DNA of 64,000 nucleotides. It comes from Squalus acanthias. Lineage: Eukaryota. Positions 37,372-48,150 of the stretch are shown one piece after another; position 1 is the stretch's first letter, and the number at the start of each line of letters is the position of its first letter. The stretch is from contig JASTWF010000180.1 in NCBI GenBank assembly GCA_030390025.1, positions 248,001-312,000 of the forward strand. Direction: 5' to 3'. A model generated the notes under the pieces. The model saw only the letters and a program-made list of their open reading frames with translations, did not search any database and was not told the DNA's origin. The translations under genes were made by a program, and so were the position numbers.

Positions 37372-37457
37372 ACAGGTGCTCCGGAACGGGGAGAGACTGT
37401 GGCAGTAAACTTTCGGCATCATTGTATTTCATGGTGCAATGTCACCGTGTAGTCCGA

Positions 37458-38619
37458 NNNNNNNNNNNNNNNNNNNNNNNNNNNNNNNNNNNNNNNNNNN
37501 NNNNNNNNNNNNNNNNNNNNNNNNNNNNNNNNNNNNNNNNNNNNNNNNNNNNNNNNNNNNNNNNNNNNNNNNNNNNNNNNNNNNNNNNNNNNNNNNNNNN
37601 NNNNNNNNNNNNNNNNNNNNNNNNNNNNNNNNNNNNNNNNNNNNNNNNNNNNNNNNNNNNNNNNNNNNNNNNNNNNNNNNNNNNNNNNNNNNNNNNNNCA
37701 GACCGACAGACGAATAGATGATAGAGAGACAGACAGAGCAAGAGGCAGAGGGACAGATGGAGAGATGCATATAGATAAATAGACGGACAGACAACCAAAC
37801 AGATAGACAGACNNNNNNNNNNNNNNNNNNNNNNNNNNNNNNNNNNNNNNNNNNNNNNNNNNNNNNNNNNNNNNNNNNNNNNNNNNNNNNNNNNNNNNNN
37901 NNNNNNNNNNNNNNNNNNNNNNNNNNNNNNNNNNNNNNNNNNNNNNNNNNNNNNNNNNNNNNNNNNNNNNNNNNNNNNNNNNNNNNNNNNNNNNNNNNNG
38001 CATCCGTGGAGAGAGAAAGAGAGTTAACGTTTCAGGTCGATGACCTTTCATCAAAACTGGGAAGAGCCGGAAATCAAATCTATTTGATTTCCGGCTCTTC
38101 CCAGTTCTGATGAAAGGTCATCGACCTGAAACGTTAACTCTCTTTCTCTCTCCACGGATGCTGCCTGGCCTGCTTAGTTTTTCCAGCGTTTTCTGTTGTT
38201 ATTTCGGATTTCCAGCATCCGCAGTATTTTGCTATCGTAGATAGATAGATAGACGGACTGATATATAGATAGACAGATAGACAGATAGATAGATAGACAG
38301 ATAGATAGTCGGATAGATAGATAGATAGACAGACAGACAGATAAATAGCCAGATNNNNNNNNNNNNNNNNNNNNNNNNNNNNNNNNNNNNNNNNNNNNNN
38401 NNNNNNNNNNNNNNNNNNNNNNNNNNNNNNNNNNNNNNNNNNNNNNNNNNNNNNNNNNNNNNNNNNNNNNNNNNNNNNNNNNNNNNNNNNNNNNNNNNNN
38501 NNNNNNNNNNNNNNNNNNNNNNNNNNNNNNNNNNNNNNNNNNNNNNNNNNNNNNNNNNNNNNNNNNNNNNNNNNNNNNNNNNNNNNNNNNNNNNNNNNNN
38601 NNNNNNNNNNNNNNNNNNN
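37458..38619. other. Three N runs (37458-37698, 37813-37999, 38355-38619) interleaved with GATA/GACA microsatellite
   Basis: Direct reading. Confidence 0.98.
38103..38139 (+). ncRNA. Minimal hammerhead ribozyme in the right arm of a 162-bp inverted repeat (38000-38161)
   Basis: AGTT-CTGATGA-A-AGGTC-ATC-GACCT-GAAA-CGTT-AACT: intact core, stem I AGTT/AACT, stem II, palindromic AACGTT. Confidence 0.8.
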
Positions 38620-39307
38620 ACCGGATGATATCCACCAATTAGAAGTATCTGGCCAATAAACTGAACGAATACATGTCGAAAGTGCGTTGGTTACAGGTGG
38701 AAGCGAATTGTTATTCCCCGATTCAACTGAATGAAATGACCTCACTTGGAACCGGGTGTCCACTGTAATCGATCAATTGAAGGAGTGGGGCATTAAAAGG
38801 GGAGGTTTGTGACAAGACTGAAAACAATGCTGCCAGCTCATGTTTGTCTTCAGCTTCCAATCCCCTCACTGCCTCGCAGCTCCCTAGCTCCGTTATCTGC
38901 TCAGCCTGGCATACACGGATCCAGTTCATGGTTCGCCAGCAGCGGCCCGCGCTCTTTGCTTTCCAGCACGTTGTTCCTTCAGGCATCTTACTCCGGATCT
39001 TTGGAACTCCAGCCCCGCTGGTCCTTCTTGTTTGCCGCCTCACACCCTGGCGTCATATACCTAACGATTCTTTATAAATTGGTTCTTTCGTTGCACAAAA
39101 CCAATCGATGCAATGTCGCCTGTTATTGGGTACAGCGACCAAAAGCACAAATATTGTCCTAAGATCTTCTCCGGTAGATGCGCCCACATGATCATTAGGC
39201 GACGCTGGGTGATTTGCAACGTTCAATATTTTAGTGAAAAAATGCGATTTTAGATTTCCTGTGAAATAATATTAGTTGAACATTTTTCCGCTGTGTTTAT
39301 ATTAGCG

Positions 39308-39492
39308 GAGATGCCGGTGTTGGACTGGGGTGGACAAAAATGAGAAGTCGCACAACACCAGGTTATAGTCCAACAGTTTTATTTAAAACAGCGTGTTCCC
39401 TCACTGTACCTGAAGAAGGAGCGGAGCTCCGAAAGCTCGTAATTTTAAATAAAACTGTTGGACTATAACCTGGTGTTGTGCGACTTCTCATT
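39308..39492. mobile_element. Penelope pLTR insertion with inverted structure and hammerhead (39407-39441)
   Basis: Inverted arms; 12-bp TSD TTTATATTAGCG (39296-39307 and 39493-39504); TAC-CTGAAGA-A-GGAGC-GGA-GCTCC-GAAA-GCTC-GTA. Confidence 0.8.
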
Positions 39493-40047
39493 TTTATATT
39501 AGCGATAAGAGTTAATATGGACCAGAGGAAATGTCACTTAATTATCGCCACATGGAATTCAAGTAAAACACCGATTATGTGAGTCTATAAAATGCTGCTT
39601 GTGGAATCAGAGTATGAGTGGATAAAGGCAGGTATCACATTATTTGGTAAAATAGTTTCCCCATCACTACTTTGTATAACATGTATGCAGAATTGAATTG
39701 AGACACATTTGCAAAACACGCAGTACCGAGGTTTCGACCTGCAGGTGGCGCTGTTGCCCAAGGATTTATTTCGTGTCAACAAGCACTTCAAGGGGCCGGG
39801 CCATGTGTCGATTTCCGAGCCAACATCCAACGGAGTTACATTACAAACACGTATAAGACATCAAATTGCAACGCGTTCTTCAATTTCACGCTGGTTTTCT
39901 TCTGGTTCTTTCACTTATTATTGTCATTGTTATTACCATTGTCGTTGTCATTGTTATTTTTGCCTGTAACTGTGGAGAAACTTATATTCAATGGGAACAA
40001 CACCCGATTCACATCACTGCTACTCTGAATTTTAGACACTTACGAAC

Positions 40048-40785
40048 GAGAGTCTAACCACTGCCCCATGTCATTCAACGACAATACCATCGCCGAATCC
40101 CCCACCATCAACATCCTAGGGGTCACCATTGACCAGAAACTTAACTGGACCAGCCACATAAATACTGTGGCAACAAGAGCAGGTCAGAGGCTGGGTATTC
40201 TGCGGCGAGTGTCTCACCTCCTGACTCCCCAAAGCCTTTCCACCATCTAAAAGGCACAAGTCAGGAATGTGATGGAATACTCTCCACTTGTCTGGATGAG
40301 TGCAGCTCCAACAACACTCAAGAAGCTCGACACCATCCAGGACAAAGCAGCCCGCTTGATTGGCACCCCATCCATCACCTTAAGCATTCACTCCCTCAAC
40401 CACCGGCGTACCGTGGCTGCAGTGTCTACCATCTACAAGATGCACTGCAGCAACTCGCCAAGGCTTCTTCGGCAGCATCTCCCAAACCCGCCACCTCTTC
40501 CACCTAGAAGGACAAGTGCAGGAGGCGCGTGGGAACACCACCACCTCCAAGTTCCCCTCCAAGTCACACACCAACCTGACTTAGAAGTATATCGCCGATC
40601 CTTCATCGTCGCTGGGTCAAAATCCGGGATCTCCCTACCTAACAGCACTGTGGGAGGACCTTCACCACACGGACTGCAGCGGGTCAAGAAGGCGGCTCAC
40701 CACCACCTTCTCAAGGGCAATTAGGGATGGGCAATAAATACTGGCCTTGCCAGCGACGCTCACATCCCAGAAACGAATAAAACAA
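40048..40785 (+). mobile_element. 3' fragment of the second LINE family
   Basis: INILGVTIDQKLNW..., MEYSPLVWMSAAPTTLKKLDTIQ. Confidence 0.85.
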
Positions 40786-41048
40786 ATCATACATCCCCTT
40801 TTCAATGCAGAACGAAAGACACTCAGAAAGTAACACGCTTGGTAAATTAGATTCACTGAATGCTGCGTCAGTCTATTGGCAATCGCCGCCGGTAATCAGA
40901 GTCCAATTCATCTCAGTTTGTGGGGCCCTGAACCAGGGCCGCAGTTATCCGGATTTTCCTGAAGTGCTGGTGTATTTACTCCATCTTCTCAAAGCAGGGA
41001 AGTAGATGGCGAGGTAGAGGATACTCAAGGAGTACGGAAGCCATTTCA

Positions 41049-42650
41049 TTGACAGTTGCAGCGTTAAAATCCCTCCGAAATCTCTGCACTCCTCCAATTC
41101 TGGCCTCCTGCGCATCCCTGATTATAATTAGAACCCTGTGTGAGAACCTCTCTGGATACGTCGAGGGCATTCTGAAACCCATCGTACAGGGAACCCCCAG
41201 CTTCTGTCGCGACACTACAGACTTCTTACAGAAACTCAGCACCCACGGACCAGTTGAACCAGGAACACTCCTTGCCACGATGGACGTATCGGCACTCTAC
41301 ACCAGTATCCCCCACGATGACGGCATCGCTGCAACAGCCTCAGTACTCAACATCAACAACAGCCAATCTCCAGACGCCATCCTACAACTCATCCGCTTCA
41401 TCCTTGACCACAATGTCTTCACCTTCGACAACCATTTTTTTACCCAAACACACGGAACAGCCATGGGGACCAAATTCGCACCCCAATACGCCAACATCTT
41501 CATGCACAAGTTCGAGCAAGACTTCTTCGCTGCACAGGACCTCCAGCCAACGCTGTATACCAGATACATCGACGACATTTTCTTCCTTTGGACCCATGGC
41601 GAAGGATCACTGAAAAGACTACACGATAACATAAACATGTTCCATCCCACCATCAAACTCACCATGGACTACTCCTCAGAATCAGTCTCATTCCTGGACA
41701 CACGAATCTCCATCAAAGACGGACACCTCAGCACTTCACTCTACCGCAAGCCCACGGACAACCTCACGATGCTCCACTTCTCCAGCTTCCACCCTAACCA
41801 TGTTAAAGAAGCCATCCCCTATGGACAAGCCCTGCGAATACACAGGATCTGCTCAGACGAGGAGGAACGCGATGGACACCTACGGACGCTGAAAAACGCC
41901 CTCGTAAGAACGGGATATGACGCTCGACTCATCGATCGACAGTTCCGACGGGCCACAGCGAAAAATCGCATAGACCTCCTCAGAAGGCAAACACGGGACA
42001 CAACCAACAGGGTACCCTATGTCGTCCAGTACTTCCCCGGAGCGGAGAAACTACGCCATGTTCTTCGCAGCCTTCAACATGTCATCGATGACGACAAACA
42101 CCTCGCTAAGGCCATCCCCACGCCTCCACTACTTGCCTTCAAACAGCCGCCTAACCTCAGAAGTACCATCGTTCGCAGCAAATTACCCAGCTTTCAGGAT
42201 AACAGGGACCACGACACCACACAACCCTGCCATGGCAAACTCTGCAAGACATGCCAGATCATCAACACAGATACCACCATCACACGTGAGGACACTACCC
42301 ACCAGGTACATGGTACATACTCATGTGACTCGGCCAACGTTGTCTACCTCATACGTTGCAGGAAAGAATGCACCGCGGCATGGTACATCGGCGAGACCAT
42401 GCAGACACTGAGACAACGTATGAACGAGCACCGCGCAACAATCGCCAGGCAGGATTGTTACCTCCCAGTCGGGGAACACTTCAGCAGTCAAGGACATTCA
42501 GCCTCGGATCTGCGGGTAAGCATTCTCCAAGGCAACCTTAGAAACACACGACAACGCAAAATCATCGAGCAGAAACTGATAGCCAAGTTCCGCACTCATG
42601 AAGACGGTCTCAATCGGGATCTTGGGTTTATGTCACGATACATGACGTGA
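41049..42650 (+). CDS. Penelope RT + GIY-YIG endonuclease ORF (uninterrupted; first ~28 codons are probably flanking read-through)
   Basis: 533-aa ORF with the motifs above and no internal stops. Confidence 0.85.
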   Translation: MTVAALKSLRNLCTPPILASCASLIIIRTLCENLSGYVEGILKPIVQGTPSFCRDTTDFLQKLSTHGPVEPGTLLATMDVSALYTSIPHDDGIAATASVLNINNSQSPDAILQLIRFILDHNVFTFDNHFFTQTHGTAMGTKFAPQYANIFMHKFEQDFFAAQDLQPTLYTRYIDDIFFLWTHGEGSLKRLHDNINMFHPTIKLTMDYSSESVSFLDTRISIKDGHLSTSLYRKPTDNLTMLHFSSFHPNHVKEAIPYGQALRIHRICSDEEERDGHLRTLKNALVRTGYDARLIDRQFRRATAKNRIDLLRRQTRDTTNRVPYVVQYFPGAEKLRHVLRSLQHVIDDDKHLAKAIPTPPLLAFKQPPNLRSTIVRSKLPSFQDNRDHDTTQPCHGKLCKTCQIINTDTTITREDTTHQVHGTYSCDSANVVYLIRCRKECTAAWYIGETMQTLRQRMNEHRATIARQDCYLPVGEHFSSQGHSASDLRVSILQGNLRNTRQRKIIEQKLIAKFRTHEDGLNRDLGFMSRYMT

Positions 42651-43075
42651 TCCGGACTCGAGTCGTCGTTAGCTTGTTCACAGATGTGATTCCCAGTAAA
42701 AAAAGTAAAAAAAATTTCCCAGTAAAAAAGTAAAAAAATGTTAAAGCTTTTCGTTTTACATACAGACGGCAGCTTTTGACACGTTAGAACCCCTGTGACT
42801 ACACCTCATTGTCTCAGTTGTATCTTGCTATGTCTTTGATGTGGTACCTTCCTGGCTGACTTAATTAACTTTATCACACCTCGGCAGATAGTCAGGATGA
42901 TTTAATTTATTGGTCTGCAATTGTAAAGTACACATTCTTTGTTTTCCATCTATATATGCTTTGGAGATTCTGTATCTAATTTACTTCACCTGAGGAAGGA
43001 GCAAATCGATAGCTCCGAAAGCTTGTGATTTCAAATAAAACTGTTGGACTATAACCTGGTGTTGTGCGACCTCTC
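41130..43075 (+). mobile_element. Penelope-like retroelement, 5'-truncated, with 3' pLTR and hammerhead (42986-43028)
   Basis: RT motifs TMDVSALYTSIPH, GTAMGTKFAP.YAN, RYIDDIF, FLD; GIY-YIG nuclease VVYLIRC..C..WYIGET..LRQRMNEH. Confidence 0.95.
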
Positions 43076-43304
43076 AATTTTATAATTAGTACACCATTGG
43101 TGTCAGTGCCTTCACCTGCCTGGGCCCTAAGCTCTGGAATTCATTCCCTAAACCTCTCCACCTCTTTACCTCGTTATCCTCCTTTAAGACGCTCCTTAAA
43201 AACTATCTCTCTGATCAAACATTTGGTCACCTGCACTAATATCTTCTCAAATATTTTCAAATTTCGGTTGATCATCGCTCCTGTGAAGCGTCCGGCGGCG
43301 TTTT

Positions 43305-44200
43305 CATAGTCATAGTGTCATAGAGTCGTAACAGCACAGAAGGAGGCCATTCGGCTCATCGAGTCCGTGCCGGCTCTCTGTAGAGCAATCTAGTCAGTCC
43401 CATTCCCCCGCTCTATCCCCGTAGCCCTGCAAGTTAATTTCCCCCAAGTGCCTATCCAGTCTCCCCTTGAAAACATTGAGTGTCTCCGCTTCCACCACTT
43501 CCCTCGCCAGCAAGTTCCAGGTCCTCACCACTCGCTGCGTAAAAAAGTTTTTCCTCACATCCCCCCCTGTACCTCTTGCCCAAAACCTTAAATCTGTGTC
43601 CCCTAGTCCTTGTCCCATCAACTGGTGGGAACAGCCTTTCCCCGTCTAGCCTATCCAAACCCGAAATAATATTGTACACCTCTATCAAATCACCCCTCAA
43701 CCGCCTTTGCTCTAATGAATCAAATCCTGCTTCTCCAACCTGTCCTTGTATCTAAGATCCCCCATCCCCGGAACCATTCTGGTAAATCTCCTCTTCACCC
43801 TCTCAAGGGCCTTCACATTCTTCCTATAAAGTGTGGTGACCGGAGCTGGACGCAATACTCCAGTTGTGGCCTAACCAACGCTTTATAAAGTTTCAGTATA
43901 ACTTTTCTACTTTTGTACTCAATACCTCTAATTATGAAGCCCAAGATCCCGTATGCTTTGCGAACCACTATCTCAATATGTCCTGCCACCTTCAGGTACC
44001 TATGCACATTAACTCCCAGGTCCCTCTGTCCCTGCACACTCTTTAAAACTGTGCCATTAAGCGTATATTGCCTCTCCTTGTTCCTTCTGCCAAAATGCAT
44101 CACCTCACACTTCTCTGTATTAAATTCCATCTGCCACTTGTCTGCCTATTCTGCTAGCCTTTCTGTTGCAGTCCATTGGTATCATCCTCACTGTTTGCCA
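43305..44200 (-). mobile_element. CR1 3' fragment
   Basis: MEFNTEKCEVMHFGR..RPQLEYCVQ; RGDLIEVYNI; (CTATGA)n tail. Confidence 0.9.
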
Positions 44201-44809
44201 CACGTTGAAGGTGCTATATAAATTGTTGTTGACTGGAGAGGTTGCGGAACGAATGTAAACCTGCGTGAGAATGGCGGAAGGTGCAAAGAGATCATTCCTG
44301 GGGTAGGAAGTGGCGAAGCTCGGCGGGATTGGAAAGTGGGATGGAGGGGAGAGAGTAACGCTTAGGAAGGAAGAGGATACTGAGAGATCGGCCTTTCTGC
44401 TGTTGAACACAAAGTACTGCGTTCTGTGTAAGTGTGGTTTCGCGAGAAAAAACGAACACAAAAGATAATTCTGCTGATGTTTATACCTTTTCATTAAAGC
44501 AGCCAGGTGAATAAACCTCTCCATATTGCATTAGATTCTCATAGTTTTCTAAATATAATGGGGCCTATTATTGCCTTTGTGCTGTCACAAACATAACGTA
44601 TTCGCGTTTTTTTAATTAAACTTGCTGACTGCTTCCTTAGATATCCGCAGACAGAAAATCTTGCCAAACATTTTAATATATCTTTACAGTTAGCGACCAA
44701 AGTATTGCTTACTCCATTTCTCAGACAGCTAACTCGTAAGTGGAAATACCAATGACGTCAGGTGACAACATTGCATGTCACACCTTCAGACTGGGTCAGG
44801 AATACATAA

Positions 44810-46050
44810 ACCCCTCCCCTCTTTACCACTCCCCTCTTTACCACTCCCCTCTCACCCACTCTCCTCTCCGCTCCTCCCCTTCCCTTCCACAACACTCTCC
44901 TCCCTTCCACTCCCCTCTCACCCACACTCATCCCTTCCCCTCTCCACCTTTCCACTCTATTCCACTCCCCTCTCACCCACTCTCTTCTCTTCTCCTCTCC
45001 ACCCCTCCACTCCCTTCCACTCCCCTCTCTTCCACTCCCCTCTCACCCACACTCCTCTCCTCTCCACCCCTCCACTCTCTTCCACACCCCTCTCAACCAC
45101 ACTCATCTCCTCCTCTCTCCTCTCCACCCCTTCCCTCCCATCCCCTTCCCTTCCCACTCACCCACATTCATCCACTCTACTCTTCACCCCTCGTCCCCTA
45201 CCCTTTCTTCCACTCCCCTCTCACCCACACTCACTCCTCTCCACCTCTTCCATCCCCTTCCCTGCCATCCTCTTCCACTCCCCTCTGAACCACGCTCCTC
45301 TCCTCTCTTATCCACCCCTCCACTCTCTTCTACTCCACTCTCACACACACTCATCTCCTCCCCTCTCCTCTCCACCCCTCTCATCCCCTTCCCTCCCATC
45401 TCCTTCCCTTCCCACTCATCCACTCTCCTCACCTCCTCTCTTCTCTCCACTCCACTCCTCCCCTTCCCTGCCCTCTCACCCACTCTTGTCCCCTCTAAAC
45501 TCCTCCCCTTCCCGCCTTTCCACTCCCCTCTCACCCATACTCCACTCCATCTCTTCCATCCCCTTCCCCTTCCCTCCCCTCTCATGCACACTACTCTCCT
45601 CTCCACCTCTCTCGTCCCCTCAACTCCCTCGCCTCCCCACCACTCTCCTCTCCTTCACACCAATTTCCTAGCATCTCATTTCCTCCCTTCTCCATCCCTC
45701 CCTTTCCCTCCAATCTGTTCCCCATCACTCGCATACCCTCCCCTCCGCACCCTCCCCCTCATTAACCCCCATCTCCTCTCCTATCACACCACCCCTCCCT
45801 AAACCTCCCAATTCACTTCCCTTGTCTCTAATGTACATCAATCCACCCGCTTTCCATTCCCTCTCCTCTACTCCCCATTGCTTCCCATCCCTTCTCCGTC
45901 CTCTCCGCCCCTCCCCTCTCAATTACTCCCCCTCTCCTCTCCTCCATTCCCCTCACCTTCCAATCCCCTCTCCTTTCCTCCCCTCCCACCCCTTCCCCAC
46001 CCACCCTCCCACTTCTTGTCCTCCCCCTTCCACTCCCATCCCGTCCCCAC
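44810..46050. repeat. 1.2 kb polypyrimidine/polypurine low-complexity tract
   Basis: Almost G-free plus strand built from CCACTCCCCTCTCACCCAC-like units. Confidence 0.95.
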
Positions 46051-46583
46051 TACTCGTTACAATTGAACCTCGGGTTCCCTGCATGGAATCATAATCCGTA
46101 AATCACGGGTTTATTGCTCCTGTTATGATATAATCATTAAATAGACTTCGCGTCTCTCCACACTTACTGCATTACTTCATCATTTCCCACAATTCTGACA
46201 AAGTTCCCGGTCCGCGTATTGTTACATTTGTAAATACGATTAGGCTACGAGTGACTCGGTTAGATTTGCATTTGGGCATCGTAGACGCGGAGTAACACGA
46301 TCACCGCAGGAGATGTCCAAAGGAACGGTGCGAGTAAATAGCAGTCGGAATCTTCCGGCGATGTTTAAGACGTGGGGGGCGGATCGCGAACGGATGGAAG
46401 CTGAAATGTGACGTTTCGACCATCAGTAAACGGGGAGGTTTTGCTTTTCGGCAGCACACAAGAGGTAGATGAGTCATGTGTCCGGGGAAGGGGTGGGGAC
46501 CTGTCTTGTATTAGGGCTCAATGTAACAGGTTAATCTCGTCGCGGTGTCAGTGTCGTGCCTCTGGCTTACTGCAACGATATAC

Positions 46584-47007
46584 ATAGCGGTACAACTGAA
46601 CCTATTACCAGCGATTGCGCTATTATTGACATGTAGGTGTTTAGAAGGGTCAGGATCAGTGACAGGGACTGCGTGATTCAGTGTTTTCCGCGTATAAATA
46701 TTTTAATCTGTTCACAGGCCGGTGCGAAGCAGAGCAAGTGCGACAGTCTCCCACGGTAGAAACGCTTCAGGTCGGAGATTCTGTGCAGATGGATTGCCGC
46801 TATGAGTCCTCGACCTACTATACCATGCACTGGTACAAGCAACGATATTGTGAAGCTCCGGAGTGGATCAGTCAAAGAACAACGTCAGGCCGAAAGACCA
46901 CGGGTCGGTTTGAATTGGAGCTTGTCACTGCAGACCAGAGCGGCAAGCTGACCATTCAAAGCGTGGAGTTGGCGGACGCCGCCGTATATTACTGTGCAAT
47001 GGATCGG
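46584..47007 (+). pseudogene. TRAV/DV: TCR V segment V7: open V exon (46718-47007), but the leader begins with ATA (ORF/pseudogene)
   Basis: Leader 46584-46632 (I)AVQLNLLPAIALLLT + GTAGGT, no in-frame ATG after the TAA at 46524; exon RCEAEQVRQSPTVETLQVGDSVQMDCRYESSTYYTMHWYKQRYCEAPEWISQRTTSGRKTTGRFELELVTADQSGKLTIQSVELADAAVYYCAMDR. Confidence 0.85.
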
Positions 47008-47046
47008 CACACTGATAGGAAGTGGCGCCATCGCTGTACAAAAACC
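47008..47046 (+). other. 23-RSS of V7
   Basis: CACACTG + 23 bp + ACAAAAACC. Confidence 0.93.
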
Positions 47047-47104
47047 CTCCCTTTCTGCTACTAGACACGAAGCAGTTTGCAACCTAGAAGGAAGGCATTC
47101 TACC

Positions 47105-48150
47105 TGGGGAAGGTGCAGAGAAGATTTGCAAGGATGATACCAGAAATGCGAGGTTACACATATCAGGAAAGGATGAACAAGCAGGGTCTCCTTTTTGTTG
47201 AAAAAATGAAGGCTGACGAGTGACCTAATAGAGGTCTTTAAAATTATAAAGAATACTGGCTAAATTTGCGGATGACACCAAATTGGGGGGGGTGTAGTTA
47301 ATACAGAGGAGGACTGCAACAAATTTCAGGAAGACATTAATAAACTTGCAGAATGGGCACATAATTGTCAAATGAAATCCAACACAGATAAATGTCAGGT
47401 ATTACATTTTGGTAGGAAGAAGAGTGAGGTCTCAGTACTTGGAGGGTGCGAGTCTAGCTGGGGTAGAGGAGCAAAGGAATCTCGGAGTACAAATACACAA
47501 ATCACTAAAAGTAGCGACACAGTTTAACAAGGCCATAAAAATCAAACCAGGTACTATGGTTCATTTCTAGAGTGATAGAATTGAAAAGTAATGAAGTTAT
47601 GCTAAACCTGTATCGAAACTTTTTTAGACCACACTTGGAGTACTGCGTACAGTTCTGGTCGCCATATTATAAAAAGGACACAGAGGCACTGGAGAGGGTC
47701 CAGAGAAGATTTACAAGGATGATACCAGAAATCCGAGGGTATAACTATCAAGAAAGGTGACCTAATCGAGGTCTTTAAAATTATGAAAAATTTTGATAGA
47801 GTGGATACAGAGAGAATGTTTCCACTTGTGGGGAAGAGCATAACTAGAAGCCATCGATATAAGACAGTCACCAAGAAATCCAATAGGGAATTCAGAAGAA
47901 ACTTCTTTACCCAGAGAGTGGTGAGTATGTGGAACTCGCTGCCCCAGGGAGTGGTTGAAGCGAATAGTATAGATGCATTTAAGGGGAGGCTAGACAAGCA
48001 TATAAGTGAAAAGGGAATAGAGGGTTATGCTGATAGATTTAGATGAGGAAGGACGGGAGGAGGCTCGAGTGGAGCATAAACTCCGGCATGGACTGATTGG
48101 GCGGAATGGCCTCTTTCTGTGCCGTATATCCGATATAATCCTATGTAATC
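47105..48150 (+). mobile_element. Rearranged CR1 3' fragments
   Basis: KFADDTK, RPHLEYCVQFWSP, RNFFTQRVVSMWNSLP. Confidence 0.88.

Noticed and set aside
37390-37457. Possible D segment (GACTGTG ... CACCGTG) after V6
   Set aside because: No matching nonamer visible; the sequence runs into an N gap
37419-38763. ORFs spanning X runs
   Set aside because: Artefacts of N gaps and microsatellites
44740-46094. Pro/Ser/Leu-rich ORFs
   Set aside because: Low-complexity pyrimidine tract; no coding signal
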